Shown: piece by piece, positions 1 through 8,307 of the stretch
Numbering within the stretch: position 1 is the stretch's first letter
Layout: each line of letters begins with the position of its first letter
Assembly (NCBI GenBank): GCA_038400315.1
Contig: CP151667.1
Span: 1,041,174-1,065,173, forward strand
DNA: 24,000 bases
Origin: Isosphaeraceae bacterium EP7
GTDB taxonomy: Bacteria > Planctomycetota > Planctomycetia > Isosphaerales > Isosphaeraceae
Reading direction: 5' to 3'
The notes under the pieces: generated by a model
Told to the model about the DNA's origin: nothing
The model's input: only the letters and a program-made list of their open reading frames with translations
Database searches by the model: none
Program-made: the position numbers and the translations under genes

Positions 1-45
1 CCTCGTGTCATTGGGCGTGATGCGGACCCTGCGTCGTTCATCACA

Positions 46-1191
46 TTAGCAGCGGCTGAAGCAGGGGCCAGGCGAGCGTCGAACGAGCCGGCGCATCTCC
101 AGCACGCTGAGGGTGGCGACCACCTGCGAGGTCCCCAGGCGAGAGGCTGCCACAAGCTCGTCGATGCCAACCGGCGTGTCGCCCAGCCTGGCCAGGATCG
201 ACCGTTCCAGGTCCGACAGCGAAAGCTCGGCGGGATGTCGGACGCCTGGCGAACCTGGCGAGGCCTTGACCACTCGGGCGAGCGGTCCCAGCTCCTCCAG
301 CACGTCGTCGACCGTCTCGACCAGGCGGGCACCGTCGCGGATCAGGCGGTGGCAGCCCTGGCTGGCGAGGCTGTCCACCGGACCCGGCACGGCGAAGACC
401 TCGCGGTTTTGCTCCATCGCGTGCTTGGCGGTCGACAATGAGCCGCTCCGCGCCGTGGCCTCGACCACGATGACACCCAGGCTCAGCCCCGAGATCACCC
501 GGTTCCGCTGCGGGAACAATCCGGCCAGCGGCCCCTGCCGGATGGGCATCTCGGAGACGACCGCGCCGGTGTAGGCGACCTCGACAGCGAGCTGTTCGTG
601 CTCCGGGGGATAGATCTGCGAGAGGCCGTTGGCAAGCACGCCGATCGTCCGGCCACCTGCCTTCAAGGCGCCGCGGTGCGCCGCCGCGTCGATGCCCCGG
701 GCCAGGCCCGAGACGACCGTGATCCCCACTCGGGCCAGTGACGCCGCCAGCCGCTCGGCAATCCGCAGCCCGTAGGGCGTGCAGCGTCTCGAACCGACGA
801 TGGCCACGGCGAGCTGGTCCACCGGCTCGTAGGTCCCCAGCATGTAGAGCAAGGACGGCGGGTCGGGGATGTCCAGCAACGGCGGCGGATAGCCGTCCGT
901 CCCCTTGGCCATCACCCGGGCGCCCACGCGAGCGCACTCGGCCAGCTCGTCGTCGACGTCCAGCTCGCGCCTGGCCGCGACAATCCGCTCGGCCAGCTTC
1001 GCCCCCACTCCCGGCACGTCGCGCAACGCCGAGCCCGATGCATCGAGGGCCTTTCCCGGGGTACCGAATCGCTCCAGGAGTGCCCTCGTTGTGCTCGGCC
1101 CCACGCCGGAGACCAGGCTCAGGCAGAGTGCATCACGTAGCTGGGCGTTGGCCGCTCCTGACTCGGGACCTTCCTCAGCGGCGTCAGACAT
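46..1191 (-). CDS. dprA: DNA-processing protein DprA/Smf
   Basis: Lies within ORF 46..1248. Diagnostic DprA blocks are 'VAIVGSRRCTPYG', 'VVSGLARGIDAAAH', 'FPQRNRVISGLS' and 'VVEATARSGSLSTAKHA'. The ATG at 1191 (MSDAAEE) is preferred because it overlaps the upstream ORF stop (ATGTCTGA). Confidence 0.9.
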   Translation of the reverse strand: MSDAAEEGPESGAANAQLRDALCLSLVSGVGPSTTRALLERFGTPGKALDASGSALRDVPGVGAKLAERIVAARRELDVDDELAECARVGARVMAKGTDGYPPPLLDIPDPPSLLYMLGTYEPVDQLAVAIVGSRRCTPYGLRIAERLAASLARVGITVVSGLARGIDAAAHRGALKAGGRTIGVLANGLSQIYPPEHEQLAVEVAYTGAVVSEMPIRQGPLAGLFPQRNRVISGLSLGVIVVEATARSGSLSTAKHAMEQNREVFAVPGPVDSLASQGCHRLIRDGARLVETVDDVLEELGPLARVVKASPGSPGVRHPAELSLSDLERSILARLGDTPVGIDELVAASRLGTSQVVATLSVLEMRRLVRRSPGPCFSRC

Positions 1192-1202
1192 CGACACCCA
1201 TC
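1180..1202. repeat. 23-nt direct repeat, copy 1 (dprA start-codon context: ggcgTcagacatcgacacccAtc)
   Basis: Matches 2351..2373 at 21 of 23 positions in the same orientation. It contains the dprA ATG (complement of 1189-1191). Confidence 0.8.
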
Positions 1203-2362
1203 CCTTTCGGATCGCGCAGCGCCGATCCGGGCGAGTCGAACTCCCCACTCAGCGTGCCGGTCTGCTCCGGCAGGGCCGGGGGCGTGCTTGGGCCGACTGC
1301 GGAGTCCAGGCTCAGGCAGAGCGCATCTCGCTGGCTGGCGTCAGTCTCTGATTCGGGCCCGACTTCGTCTGGCGGGTTCGCATTGGCTGCGTGGAGATCG
1401 CCGATGAACTTTTCCATGGAGGAGACGTATCGGTCGAAGGCGGAAACGCGTTTGATGGTGCCGGTGCGGTCGGCAATGCCGACCTGGCTGCCCTCGATTC
1501 CAAGGCCAGGATGCAGGCGAAGCACGAACCCGGCACGCTCGAAGCACGCGATCAGGAACTCGGCCGACCAGCCGCTCTCGAACCAGCCGTATTTGCGGAT
1601 GCAGTACACCGAGATGGCATCGAGGCGCAGACCCCAGTGCTTCCACCACAGCGCGTTGAGCGGCTCGCCGGCGAACGCGATCAGACCCTCCGGCTTGACG
1701 TGCCTGGCGGCGAACTCCAGCGCCACCCACGGGCGGATGGCATGGTGCAGGCACTCATAGTAGAAGACCATGTCGAAGGGCTCCGCCGAGCTGAACCCCT
1801 CGAACGTCCCGACCTCGGCGGTGATCGGCAGCCCCAGCCGCTTGGCCCGCTGGCGCACCAGGTCCACGAATAGTGGATTGATGTCCACGGCCACTACCTC
1901 CGCTCCGCAGTAGGCCAGAATTTCGCTGGTCTGCCCCCAGCCGCAACCTAGATCGAGCACTCGCGCCGCGTGCGGCAGGCCGGCCAAGGCAATCACGTTG
2001 CTGATGGCTGCCATGTGCTTGGCCGTGACGGACAGGTTGCGATCGTTGAGAGGGTGCGCGGCAGCCGCGTGCAGCTTGACAGCGATTTTATACTGCTCGG
2101 TGTCAACCGGATCGGGGTCGCGGCCGACGATCTCGCGATAGAGCGCCAATTGCTGCGAGACATAGGCCTCTGAGAACGGATCAAGCGTCTGGTCGATCTC
2201 GGTCTCATATTCGAGGATGAACTCGTTTGTGTAAGCCGCCATGGCTGGTTTATTCGGGCCGCCAAACGCGTCGATCTCCTCGACAAGGCGCCCAATCTCT
2301 CGTGCGTGGAAAACCTTGGACATTCGTCCCTCTGAAGAAGTGGCAAGATTGGCGCCAGACAT
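1184..2362 (-). CDS. Class I SAM-dependent methyltransferase (substrate unknown) fused to the dprA-derived tail
   Basis: Lies within ORF 1184..2377, whose listed start is GTG. Motif I is 'VLDLGCGWGQTSEILAYCGAEVVAVD', with 'DMVFYYECLHH' after it. Candidate starts are ATG 2362 (MSGAN, same context as the dprA start) or ATG 2323 (MSKVF). The stop overlaps the dprA ATG. Sampled lines look clearly less GC-rich than the neighbouring genes. Confidence 0.75.
   Translation of the reverse strand: MSGANLATSSEGRMSKVFHAREIGRLVEEIDAFGGPNKPAMAAYTNEFILEYETEIDQTLDPFSEAYVSQQLALYREIVGRDPDPVDTEQYKIAVKLHAAAAHPLNDRNLSVTAKHMAAISNVIALAGLPHAARVLDLGCGWGQTSEILAYCGAEVVAVDINPLFVDLVRQRAKRLGLPITAEVGTFEGFSSAEPFDMVFYYECLHHAIRPWVALEFAARHVKPEGLIAFAGEPLNALWWKHWGLRLDAISVYCIRKYGWFESGWSAEFLIACFERAGFVLRLHPGLGIEGSQVGIADRTGTIKRVSAFDRYVSSMEKFIGDLHAANANPPDEVGPESETDASQRDALCLSLDSAVGPSTPPALPEQTGTLSGEFDSPGSALRDPKGMGVDV
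1203..1365 (-). repeat. Degenerate tandem copy of the dprA 5' coding end (about codons 6-65), read as the C-terminal tail of the methyltransferase ORF
   Basis: The tail reads 'DEVGPESETDASQRDALCLSLDSAVGPSTPPALPEQTGTLSGEFDSPGSALRDPKGMGV'. The DprA N-terminus reads 'EEGPESGAANAQLRDALCLSLVSGVGPSTTRALLERFGTPGKALDASGSALRDVPGVGA'. The identical DNA core ccaggctcaggcagag occurs at 1113-1128 and 1306-1321, an offset of 193 bp. Confidence 0.8.
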
Positions 2363-2373
2363 CGACACCCCTC
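2351..2373. repeat. 23-nt direct repeat, copy 2 (ggcgCcagacatcgacacccCtc)
   Basis: Matches 1180..1202. It lies 27 nt downstream of the aroB stop and contains the ATG at 2362. Confidence 0.8.
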
Positions 2374-2389
2374 TCACGATGACTCGAGA

Positions 2390-3547
2390 TCAGAGGGTCG
2401 CCAGCACGTCGCGGATCGTGGCCTCGTCGGGTGCGTCGGTCAGCTCGACCTGGCCGATTCGCCTGGGCAGGACGAACCTCGTCCGGCCCCCTTTGTTCTT
2501 CTTGTCGCGACCCATGGCCTCGATCAAGGCGTCGGGGGCCAGGCCGGGGGCCGAGACCGGCAGGCCGAAGCGGGCGAGAAGGGCCGTCAGCCGGGCGGTC
2601 GTCTCGGCATCGACCCACCCGAGACGCTCGGCAAGTCGGCTCTCGGCGACCATCCCGACGGCCACGGCCTCGCCGTGCAGGTAGCCGCCGCCGTAGCCCG
2701 CGACGGCCTCGATGGCGTGGCCGATCGTGTGGCCGAAGTTGAGCACCGCACGCAGGCCGGTCTCCTCGCGCTCGTCGCGCGAGACCACGTCGGCCTTCAG
2801 CCGGCAGCAATGCGCGATGAGGTGCCGCAGCGGCCCCGGCTCGCCGGCCGCAATCGGAGCCGCCTGGCGCTCCAGCCAGGCGAAGAAGTCGTCATCCAGG
2901 ATCACCCCGTACTTCACCACCTCGGCCAGCCCGCACTTCAGCTCGCGGGCGGGGAGGGTGGCCAGCGTGGCGGTGTCGACCCAGACGCCCACCGGCTGGT
3001 GGAAGGCGCCGATGATGTTCTTGGCCCTCGGGTGGTTCACCCCAACCTTGCCACCGACCGAGCTATCGACCTGAGCCAGCAGCGTCGTGGGGACCATGAC
3101 CAGGGGCAATCCCCTCGCGAACGTCGCCGCGACATATCCCGAAAGGTCACCGACCACGCCGCCCCCCACGGCCACGACGCACGTATGACGGTCGGCCTTC
3201 ATCTCGATGAGCCGGTCGTAGAGCGTCCAGGCGGTCTCGGCGCTCTTGGAGGCCTCGCCGGGCGGGACCGTCGCGACCTCGGCCCTGATCCCCGCGCCGG
3301 CGAGCCCCTCGACGTAGGGCCCGACGCGTCCCGACAGGTTCTCATCGGTGACGACCAGGGCCAGCTTGCACCCGCGGCCGGCCCACGTTTCGTTAAGGGC
3401 CTCGGCGGCGAACGGGCCGAACTCGGCGGCGCGGTCGCTGACGACGCGAACTTCGTACGACCGTGGCCCCAGGTCCACCGGCACCCTGGCCGTCGCCTCG
3501 AGTTGGGTCTCGACGGCATCATCCGTTCGATCATCGGCAGCGGGCAT
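2390..3547 (-). CDS. aroB: 3-dehydroquinate synthase
   Basis: ORF 2390..4642 is inflated upstream by the high GC content. Homology starts at ATG 3547 (MPAADD). Supporting blocks are 'VAVGGGVVGDLSGYVAATFARGLPLVMVPTTLLAQVDSSVGGKVGVN', 'LNFGHTIGHAIE' and 'HGEAVAVGM'. Confidence 0.9.
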   Translation of the reverse strand: MPAADDRTDDAVETQLEATARVPVDLGPRSYEVRVVSDRAAEFGPFAAEALNETWAGRGCKLALVVTDENLSGRVGPYVEGLAGAGIRAEVATVPPGEASKSAETAWTLYDRLIEMKADRHTCVVAVGGGVVGDLSGYVAATFARGLPLVMVPTTLLAQVDSSVGGKVGVNHPRAKNIIGAFHQPVGVWVDTATLATLPARELKCGLAEVVKYGVILDDDFFAWLERQAAPIAAGEPGPLRHLIAHCCRLKADVVSRDEREETGLRAVLNFGHTIGHAIEAVAGYGGGYLHGEAVAVGMVAESRLAERLGWVDAETTARLTALLARFGLPVSAPGLAPDALIEAMGRDKKNKGGRTRFVLPRRIGQVELTDAPDEATIRDVLATL

Positions 3548-3760
3548 GGCGTCGGCTCGTCCACGGGCGTTCGAGGTGCAGGGCGGCCTGCCCGGCCCCC
3601 ATGGCCCGATCATAACACGCGGGCCGCGGGGCGGGGCGTTCGCCCCGGGCAGCACGACGCGGCCGTTGCGTTGCGGGCCCAGGGCGCGGTTGCTACACTG
3701 GAATTTCACGGACGTCGGGCCCGGTGTTGAGTTCCGAAAACTCGCCGCGGATGGCCGCCA

Positions 3761-4849
3761 ATGACCGATCCCTTGACGTGGACGATCGACCTGGGGCGCT
3801 GGGCGGGCATCCGGGCCCGCATTCACTGGTCGCTCCCCCTGTTCCTCGGCCTGAAGCTGCTGAGCTCGGCCCTGTCGTCGGGCCATCCCGTCCTGGAGAC
3901 CGCCTGCTGGGGCGGCCTTCTGCTGCTGGCCCTGGCGGTGCATGAGCTGGGCCACATCGCCGCGTCCTGGTGGTTCGGCGTCGAGCCGGACGATATCCGC
4001 CTCTGGCCGCTGGGCAACCTGACCTCGCCCTCGCGCGAGCCCCGTTCTCCCGAGGCGATCTGGGTCGCGCTGGCTGGCCCGCTCGCCAGCCTGATCGCCT
4101 TCTTCGTCGGGGCCGTCGCGGTGAACCTCTCGGCGGACGCCGAGGCGATCTGGAGCCCCTTCGGCAACGGCCTCGGCTCCGGGGGAGCCCCGCTGCTGAT
4201 CGCCAAGGCTGGCGCCGCCCGCGCCGCGGTCCCCGCGTTCAGCGTGGCCTGGTTCGCCGGCTGGTTCGCCTATCTCAACATCGTGCTCTTCTGGGCCAAC
4301 CTCATCCCGGCGCTCCCCTTCGACGGAGGCCGGGCCTTCCGGGCCTTGCTCGCCAACATCTCCTCCGTCCCCTCGCGCGAGAGTTCCTACGCCCCCTACA
4401 CGTCGCGCGTGGTGGTCCTGCTGCTGACGGCCGTGGGGCTCATCAAGCTCCTGCTCTACAGCCAGAGCCAGGCCGGCGCGGCGTTCGCCCTGTTCTCCCT
4501 GGCCCTGGTCGTCGAGTGGATGTTCCGCCTGGAGGCCCGCTTCCTGGAAGACGGCGGCTTCTTCGACGACACCCTCTTCGGCTACGACTTCTCCGAGGGC
4601 TATACCAGCCTCGACTCCGCCTCCGCCAGGGTCCGGCCTCATCCGCAGTGGGCCATCACCCGCTGGAAGTCGCGGAGGACCGAGGCCCGGCGCCTCCGCA
4701 AGGCCGCCCTCGAGGCCGAGCAGGATCGGCGAGTCGACGAGCTGCTCCAGAAGATCTACGACGGCGGCCGCGAGTCTCTCAGCGCCGACGAACGCCGGTT
4801 TCTCGAACGCGCCAGCCGCGACTATCGCAAGAAGACCGGCCTCACGTGA
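3761..4849 (+). CDS. M50-family (site-2 protease-like) membrane metallopeptidase
   Basis: Has HExxH ('VHELGHIAA') inside a hydrophobic segment. The second signature is 'NLIPALPFDGG'. There are several predicted TM helices and a charged C-terminal tail. Confidence 0.85.
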   Translation: MTDPLTWTIDLGRWAGIRARIHWSLPLFLGLKLLSSALSSGHPVLETACWGGLLLLALAVHELGHIAASWWFGVEPDDIRLWPLGNLTSPSREPRSPEAIWVALAGPLASLIAFFVGAVAVNLSADAEAIWSPFGNGLGSGGAPLLIAKAGAARAAVPAFSVAWFAGWFAYLNIVLFWANLIPALPFDGGRAFRALLANISSVPSRESSYAPYTSRVVVLLLTAVGLIKLLLYSQSQAGAAFALFSLALVVEWMFRLEARFLEDGGFFDDTLFGYDFSEGYTSLDSASARVRPHPQWAITRWKSRRTEARRLRKAALEAEQDRRVDELLQKIYDGGRESLSADERRFLERASRDYRKKTGLT

Positions 4850-5679
4850 ACGAGCCGTCGGCCCGCCGCCTTCTCCTCGACCGAGGAACGCTCCTGCTCG
4901 ACGCCGCCATGGGGACCCGGCTCATCGCGCGCGGGCTCGACCTCCGCGATGACGACCCTTGCGCCTGGAACCTCAGCCGTCCGGACGACGTCCTCGACAT
5001 CCACCGCCGCGACGTGGCCGCGGGGTCCGACGTCCTGCTCACCAATACCTTCGGCGCCAATCGAGCCTGGCTCGAACGCCTGGGCCTGGCCGATCGGTTT
5101 GTAGCGATCAACCGGGCCGCCGTGGCCCTCGCCCGCCAGGCCGCCGGCCCCGACCGCCTGGTCTTCGGCGGCCTCGGTCCGACCTCGGTCTCGAGCCCGG
5201 ACCTCGGTGCCTGCCGCGACCAGGCGGTGACCCTCGCCGAGGCGGGCGTCGACGGCCTCATCTTCGAGACGATGGACCTCCCCGCAGCCCTGGTCGCTCT
5301 CGATGTCGTCGCCCCGATCATCCGGGAAGGCCTGCCCGTGGTCGTCAGCTTCTGGACCTGGCCCGATGATGCGGACGCCGCCATTAAGATCGAGAACCTG
5401 GGGGCCTCGGCGATCGGCCTGAACTGCGTCTGGCCGGCTCGCAAGGTCGTCGAGATGGTCCGGACGCTGGTGGGCTCGACCCGGCTGCCCGTCTGGGTCA
5501 AGCCGTCGGGCGCGATGCCAGGCCAGCGTCCGGCCACGCCGGAAGAACTCGCGAGGGTGGCCGTCGAGCTGTCCAATCTGGGGGCCCGGTTCGTCGGGGG
5601 CTGCTGCGGGACGACCGAGGTTCACCTGGCCGCGATGCGCCGGGCGCTTGACAGCGGGGTCGCACCGATCCAGGCTTGA
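4846..5679 (+). CDS. Homocysteine S-methyltransferase domain protein (stand-alone MetH-N/MmuM-like)
   Basis: In frame with ORF 3970..5679. GTG 4846 overlaps the M50 stop (GTGA). Supporting blocks are 'LLDAAMGTRL', 'DVLLTNTFGAN', and the Zn-ligand cysteines in 'IGLNCVW' and 'GGCCGTT'. Confidence 0.8.
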   Translation: MNEPSARRLLLDRGTLLLDAAMGTRLIARGLDLRDDDPCAWNLSRPDDVLDIHRRDVAAGSDVLLTNTFGANRAWLERLGLADRFVAINRAAVALARQAAGPDRLVFGGLGPTSVSSPDLGACRDQAVTLAEAGVDGLIFETMDLPAALVALDVVAPIIREGLPVVVSFWTWPDDADAAIKIENLGASAIGLNCVWPARKVVEMVRTLVGSTRLPVWVKPSGAMPGQRPATPEELARVAVELSNLGARFVGGCCGTTEVHLAAMRRALDSGVAPIQA

Positions 5680-5737
5680 GGGGCCAGATCCGACCCTTCG
5701 CCCCGCCCGCCCCCGGCCCGATCCCGAGAAAGTTCCC

Positions 5738-6292
5738 TTGGCCGAACGAACCCAAGTCCAGCCCCCGCGCGAGGCGATCCCGCCCGGGGCCTGCCTCTGC
5801 GACTTCTGCCCCGGCAAGTGCTGCCGCTACTTCACCGTCGAGATCGCGACCCCGCGCACCTGGGACGACTACGACGAGACCCGCTGGTACCTGGCCCACG
5901 GAGACACAATCGTCTACGTCGAGGACGGGACCTGGTACCTGGTCGTCATGTCCCGCTGCCGCTACCTGACGCCCGAGAATCGCTGCGGGATCTACCACGA
6001 CCGCCCCAAGATCTGCCGCGAATATACGACCGACGAGTGCGAGTACGACGACGACTGGACGTTCCAGAAGGTCTTCGAGGTTCCCGAGCAGCTCTGGGAA
6101 TACGCCGCGGCCATCCTGCCCCCGCGCCCGCCCAGTCCGCCGCCCAAGCCGCCGAAACGCCTGCCGGGCCCGCCGAAATCAGCCGGGTTCGTCGCCCTAT
6201 CCACCCTGACGGCCCCGCCCGTGCCGACCCAGGCGGCCGAGCCCGCGTCGCCGTTCGAAGTCGTCAAGCGGCGTCGCAAGCCGAAGGACTGA
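5738..6292 (+). CDS. YkgJ-family (CxxCxxCC) zinc/iron-chelating cysteine-cluster protein with a Pro-rich tail
   Basis: Lies within ORF 5648..6292. Has 'CDFCPGKCC' plus 'RCRYLTPENRCGIYHDRPKICREY'. The start is uncertain. TTG 5648 would overlap the upstream gene by 32 nt. TTG 5738 follows a purine-rich 'gagaaag'. Confidence 0.7.
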   Translation: MAERTQVQPPREAIPPGACLCDFCPGKCCRYFTVEIATPRTWDDYDETRWYLAHGDTIVYVEDGTWYLVVMSRCRYLTPENRCGIYHDRPKICREYTTDECEYDDDWTFQKVFEVPEQLWEYAAAILPPRPPSPPPKPPKRLPGPPKSAGFVALSTLTAPPVPTQAAEPASPFEVVKRRRKPKD

Positions 6293-6374
6293 CGCGAAAC
6301 GCGGTTGCCAAGGGCCCCCGGCGCGGCGACAATGGGGACGCGGCGACGGCCCGTGTCCGACCGGCGGAGCGACG

Positions 6375-6986
6375 ATGGCCAGGCGGTCCAACCACTACGA
6401 GGCGGCATTCGAAGCCCACGTCCGGTCGCTGCGCATCCCCTGCGTGGCGGTCGACGAGGCCAAGCGCGCCCTCACCGAGGACGGCGGTTGCCTCAAGAGC
6501 CCCGACTTCCTGCTTTATCCTCGCGGCGGCTCGAACCTGGTCGTCGAGGTGAAGGGAAAGCGGGCCAAAGACGCCCGGGGGCGACGCCCCTGGGAGAACT
6601 GGGTGACCACCGACGACCTCGACGGGCTTTCACGCTGGCAGGACCTCTTCGGCCCCGGCTTCCGCTCGATCCTGGTATTCGCCTACGCCGAGGCCCCTCC
6701 GCCGTTCCCGCTGCCCCCGGGCGACGGCTCGTTCAGCTTCCATGACCTGTCCTACCGCTTCTGGGCGGTCGGGCTGGATGACTACTTGCGGCATCTCCGC
6801 TCGCGCGGGCCCGCCTGGAAGGCCGTCGCCATGGCCCGGGCCGCCTTCCGCAAGCGGGTCCGCCCGCTCGAAGAGTGGATCCCCCGGCAGCCCAGCGCCG
6901 CAGTGAGCCGCACACCGACCCGCGTCGCCGCGGCCGTCGGACCCGGACGATTCGAGACCCAGTCCCCGTCGGAGAGCGACCGATGA
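6375..6986 (+). CDS. HYExAFE-family protein with a predicted PD-(D/E)xK nuclease-like core
   Basis: The N-terminal 'HYEAAFE' matches the family name motif. 'SPDFLLY' followed by 'VVEVKGK' fits a P-D...(D/E)-x-K arrangement. The start is an ATG. Confidence 0.75.
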   Translation: MARRSNHYEAAFEAHVRSLRIPCVAVDEAKRALTEDGGCLKSPDFLLYPRGGSNLVVEVKGKRAKDARGRRPWENWVTTDDLDGLSRWQDLFGPGFRSILVFAYAEAPPPFPLPPGDGSFSFHDLSYRFWAVGLDDYLRHLRSRGPAWKAVAMARAAFRKRVRPLEEWIPRQPSAAVSRTPTRVAAAVGPGRFETQSPSESDR

Positions 6987-7207
6987 CGACCCGTATCCTC
7001 CGCCATCTTGCCCTGCCGGCCTTCGCCCTGACGCTGCTGCTGGCGCCCGGCTACGCCCTGGCCAAAGACCCGACCGACGGGTTTTTTGACGTCCCCGCCC
7101 GCGAAGGGGCAGACGACGGTAAGGGGAGCACCGCTCCTGGCTACCTGGTCACCTCGCTGCTCGCCGGCGGCGCCATCTTCGCCCTCTGCAAGCCGGCCCG
7201 CCGCTGA
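6983..7207 (+). CDS. Small exported protein with a signal peptide and a C-terminal hydrophobic anchor
   Basis: ATG 6983 overlaps the upstream stop (ATGA). '[27 protein letters not shown]' looks like a signal peptide. The C-terminal '[21 protein letters not shown]' is a TM segment plus a basic tail. Confidence 0.5.
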   Translation: MTTRILRHLALPAFALTLLLAPGYALAKDPTDGFFDVPAREGADDGKGSTAPGYLVTSLLAGGAIFALCKPARR

Positions 7208-7293
7208 GTCGCGGCCGGTCCGTTCATTCCCGCTTGACCCACACGAGACCGCACGGGTCCCCCCCGCGCCGCCCCACGGACGAGAACGACGCG

Positions 7294-8280
7294 ATGCCCA
7301 ACGACCGTGCCGCGACGGCCGAGTACACCCGCTGGACCACCGACGAGGTCGACCGGATCTACCGGACTCCCGTCCTGGAGTTGATCTACCGCGCCGCCGA
7401 GGTCCACCGGGCGCACCACGATCCCTCCAAGGTCCAGGTCTGCGTCCTCCTTTCGGTGAAGACCGGCGGCTGCCCGGAAGACTGCGGTTACTGCCCGCAG
7501 GCCGCCCGCTACCACACCGCCGTGAAGGCCGAGCCCCTGCTCGACGTCGCCGAGGTCCTGGACGCCGCCACCCGCGCCAAGGAGTCGGGCGCCACCCGCT
7601 TCTGCATGGGGGCCGCCTGGCGTGAGGTCAAGGACAACGCCCAGTTCGACCGCGTGCTGGACATGATCCGCGGCGTCAAGCAGCTCGGTCTCGAGGCCTG
7701 CTGCACCCTCGGCATGGTCGACGCCGACCAGGCCCGGCGGATGAAGGACGCCGGCCTCGACGCCTACAATCACAACCTCGACTCCTCCGAGTCGTTCTAC
7801 GGCGAGGTCATCTCCACTCGCGGTTACACCGACCGCCTGGAGACCATCCAGCACGTCCGCGACGCCGGCATCACCGTCTGCTCGGGCGGCATCGTCGGCC
7901 TGGGCGAGACGGTAGCCGACCGCGTGGCCATGCTCGCCACGCTGGCCAACCTCCCCGTCCCGCCGGAAAGCGTGCCCATCAATGCGCTGGTCGCCGTCCC
8001 CGGCACCCCGCTCGCCGACCGCCCCCGCGTCGACATCTGGGACATGGTACGCACCATCGCGACCGCTCGGATCCTGATGCCCGCCGCCATGGTCAGGCTC
8101 TCCGCCGGCCGGCTGGAGATGACCGAGAGCGACCAGGCGCTCTGCTTCCTCGCCGGCGCCAACTCGATCTTCGCCGGCGACAAGCTGCTGACGACCCCCA
8201 ACCCGGCCGTAGACCGCGACAAGCAGATGTTCGAGCGCCTGGGCCTGACCCCGATGCCCGCCGCCGTCCATGCCGACTGA
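7294..8280 (+). CDS. bioB: Biotin synthase (radical SAM)
   Basis: Has '[10 protein letters not shown]' (CxxxCxxC), '[10 protein letters not shown]', 'YNHNLDSS' and '[10 protein letters not shown]'. The start of ORF 7234 is TTG. ATG 7294 gives an N-terminus ('RWTTDEV') that aligns with known BioB proteins. Confidence 0.92.
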   Translation: MPNDRAATAEYTRWTTDEVDRIYRTPVLELIYRAAEVHRAHHDPSKVQVCVLLSVKTGGCPEDCGYCPQAARYHTAVKAEPLLDVAEVLDAATRAKESGATRFCMGAAWREVKDNAQFDRVLDMIRGVKQLGLEACCTLGMVDADQARRMKDAGLDAYNHNLDSSESFYGEVISTRGYTDRLETIQHVRDAGITVCSGGIVGLGETVADRVAMLATLANLPVPPESVPINALVAVPGTPLADRPRVDIWDMVRTIATARILMPAAMVRLSAGRLEMTESDQALCFLAGANSIFAGDKLLTTPNPAVDRDKQMFERLGLTPMPAAVHAD

Positions 8281-8307
8281 CACTGAGATCGCGGGGACGC
8301 AACGCCC

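Noticed and set aside
3548-4642. N-terminal 365-aa extension of the aroB ORF (2390..4642)
   Set aside because: The extension is low-complexity and overlaps the well-supported M50 protease gene on the opposite strand. AroB homology begins at ATG 3547.
3970-4845. Upstream extension of the homocysteine methyltransferase ORF (3970..5679)
   Set aside because: The translation is Arg/Pro-rich and lies inside the M50 gene in another frame. Domain homology starts at GTG 4846.
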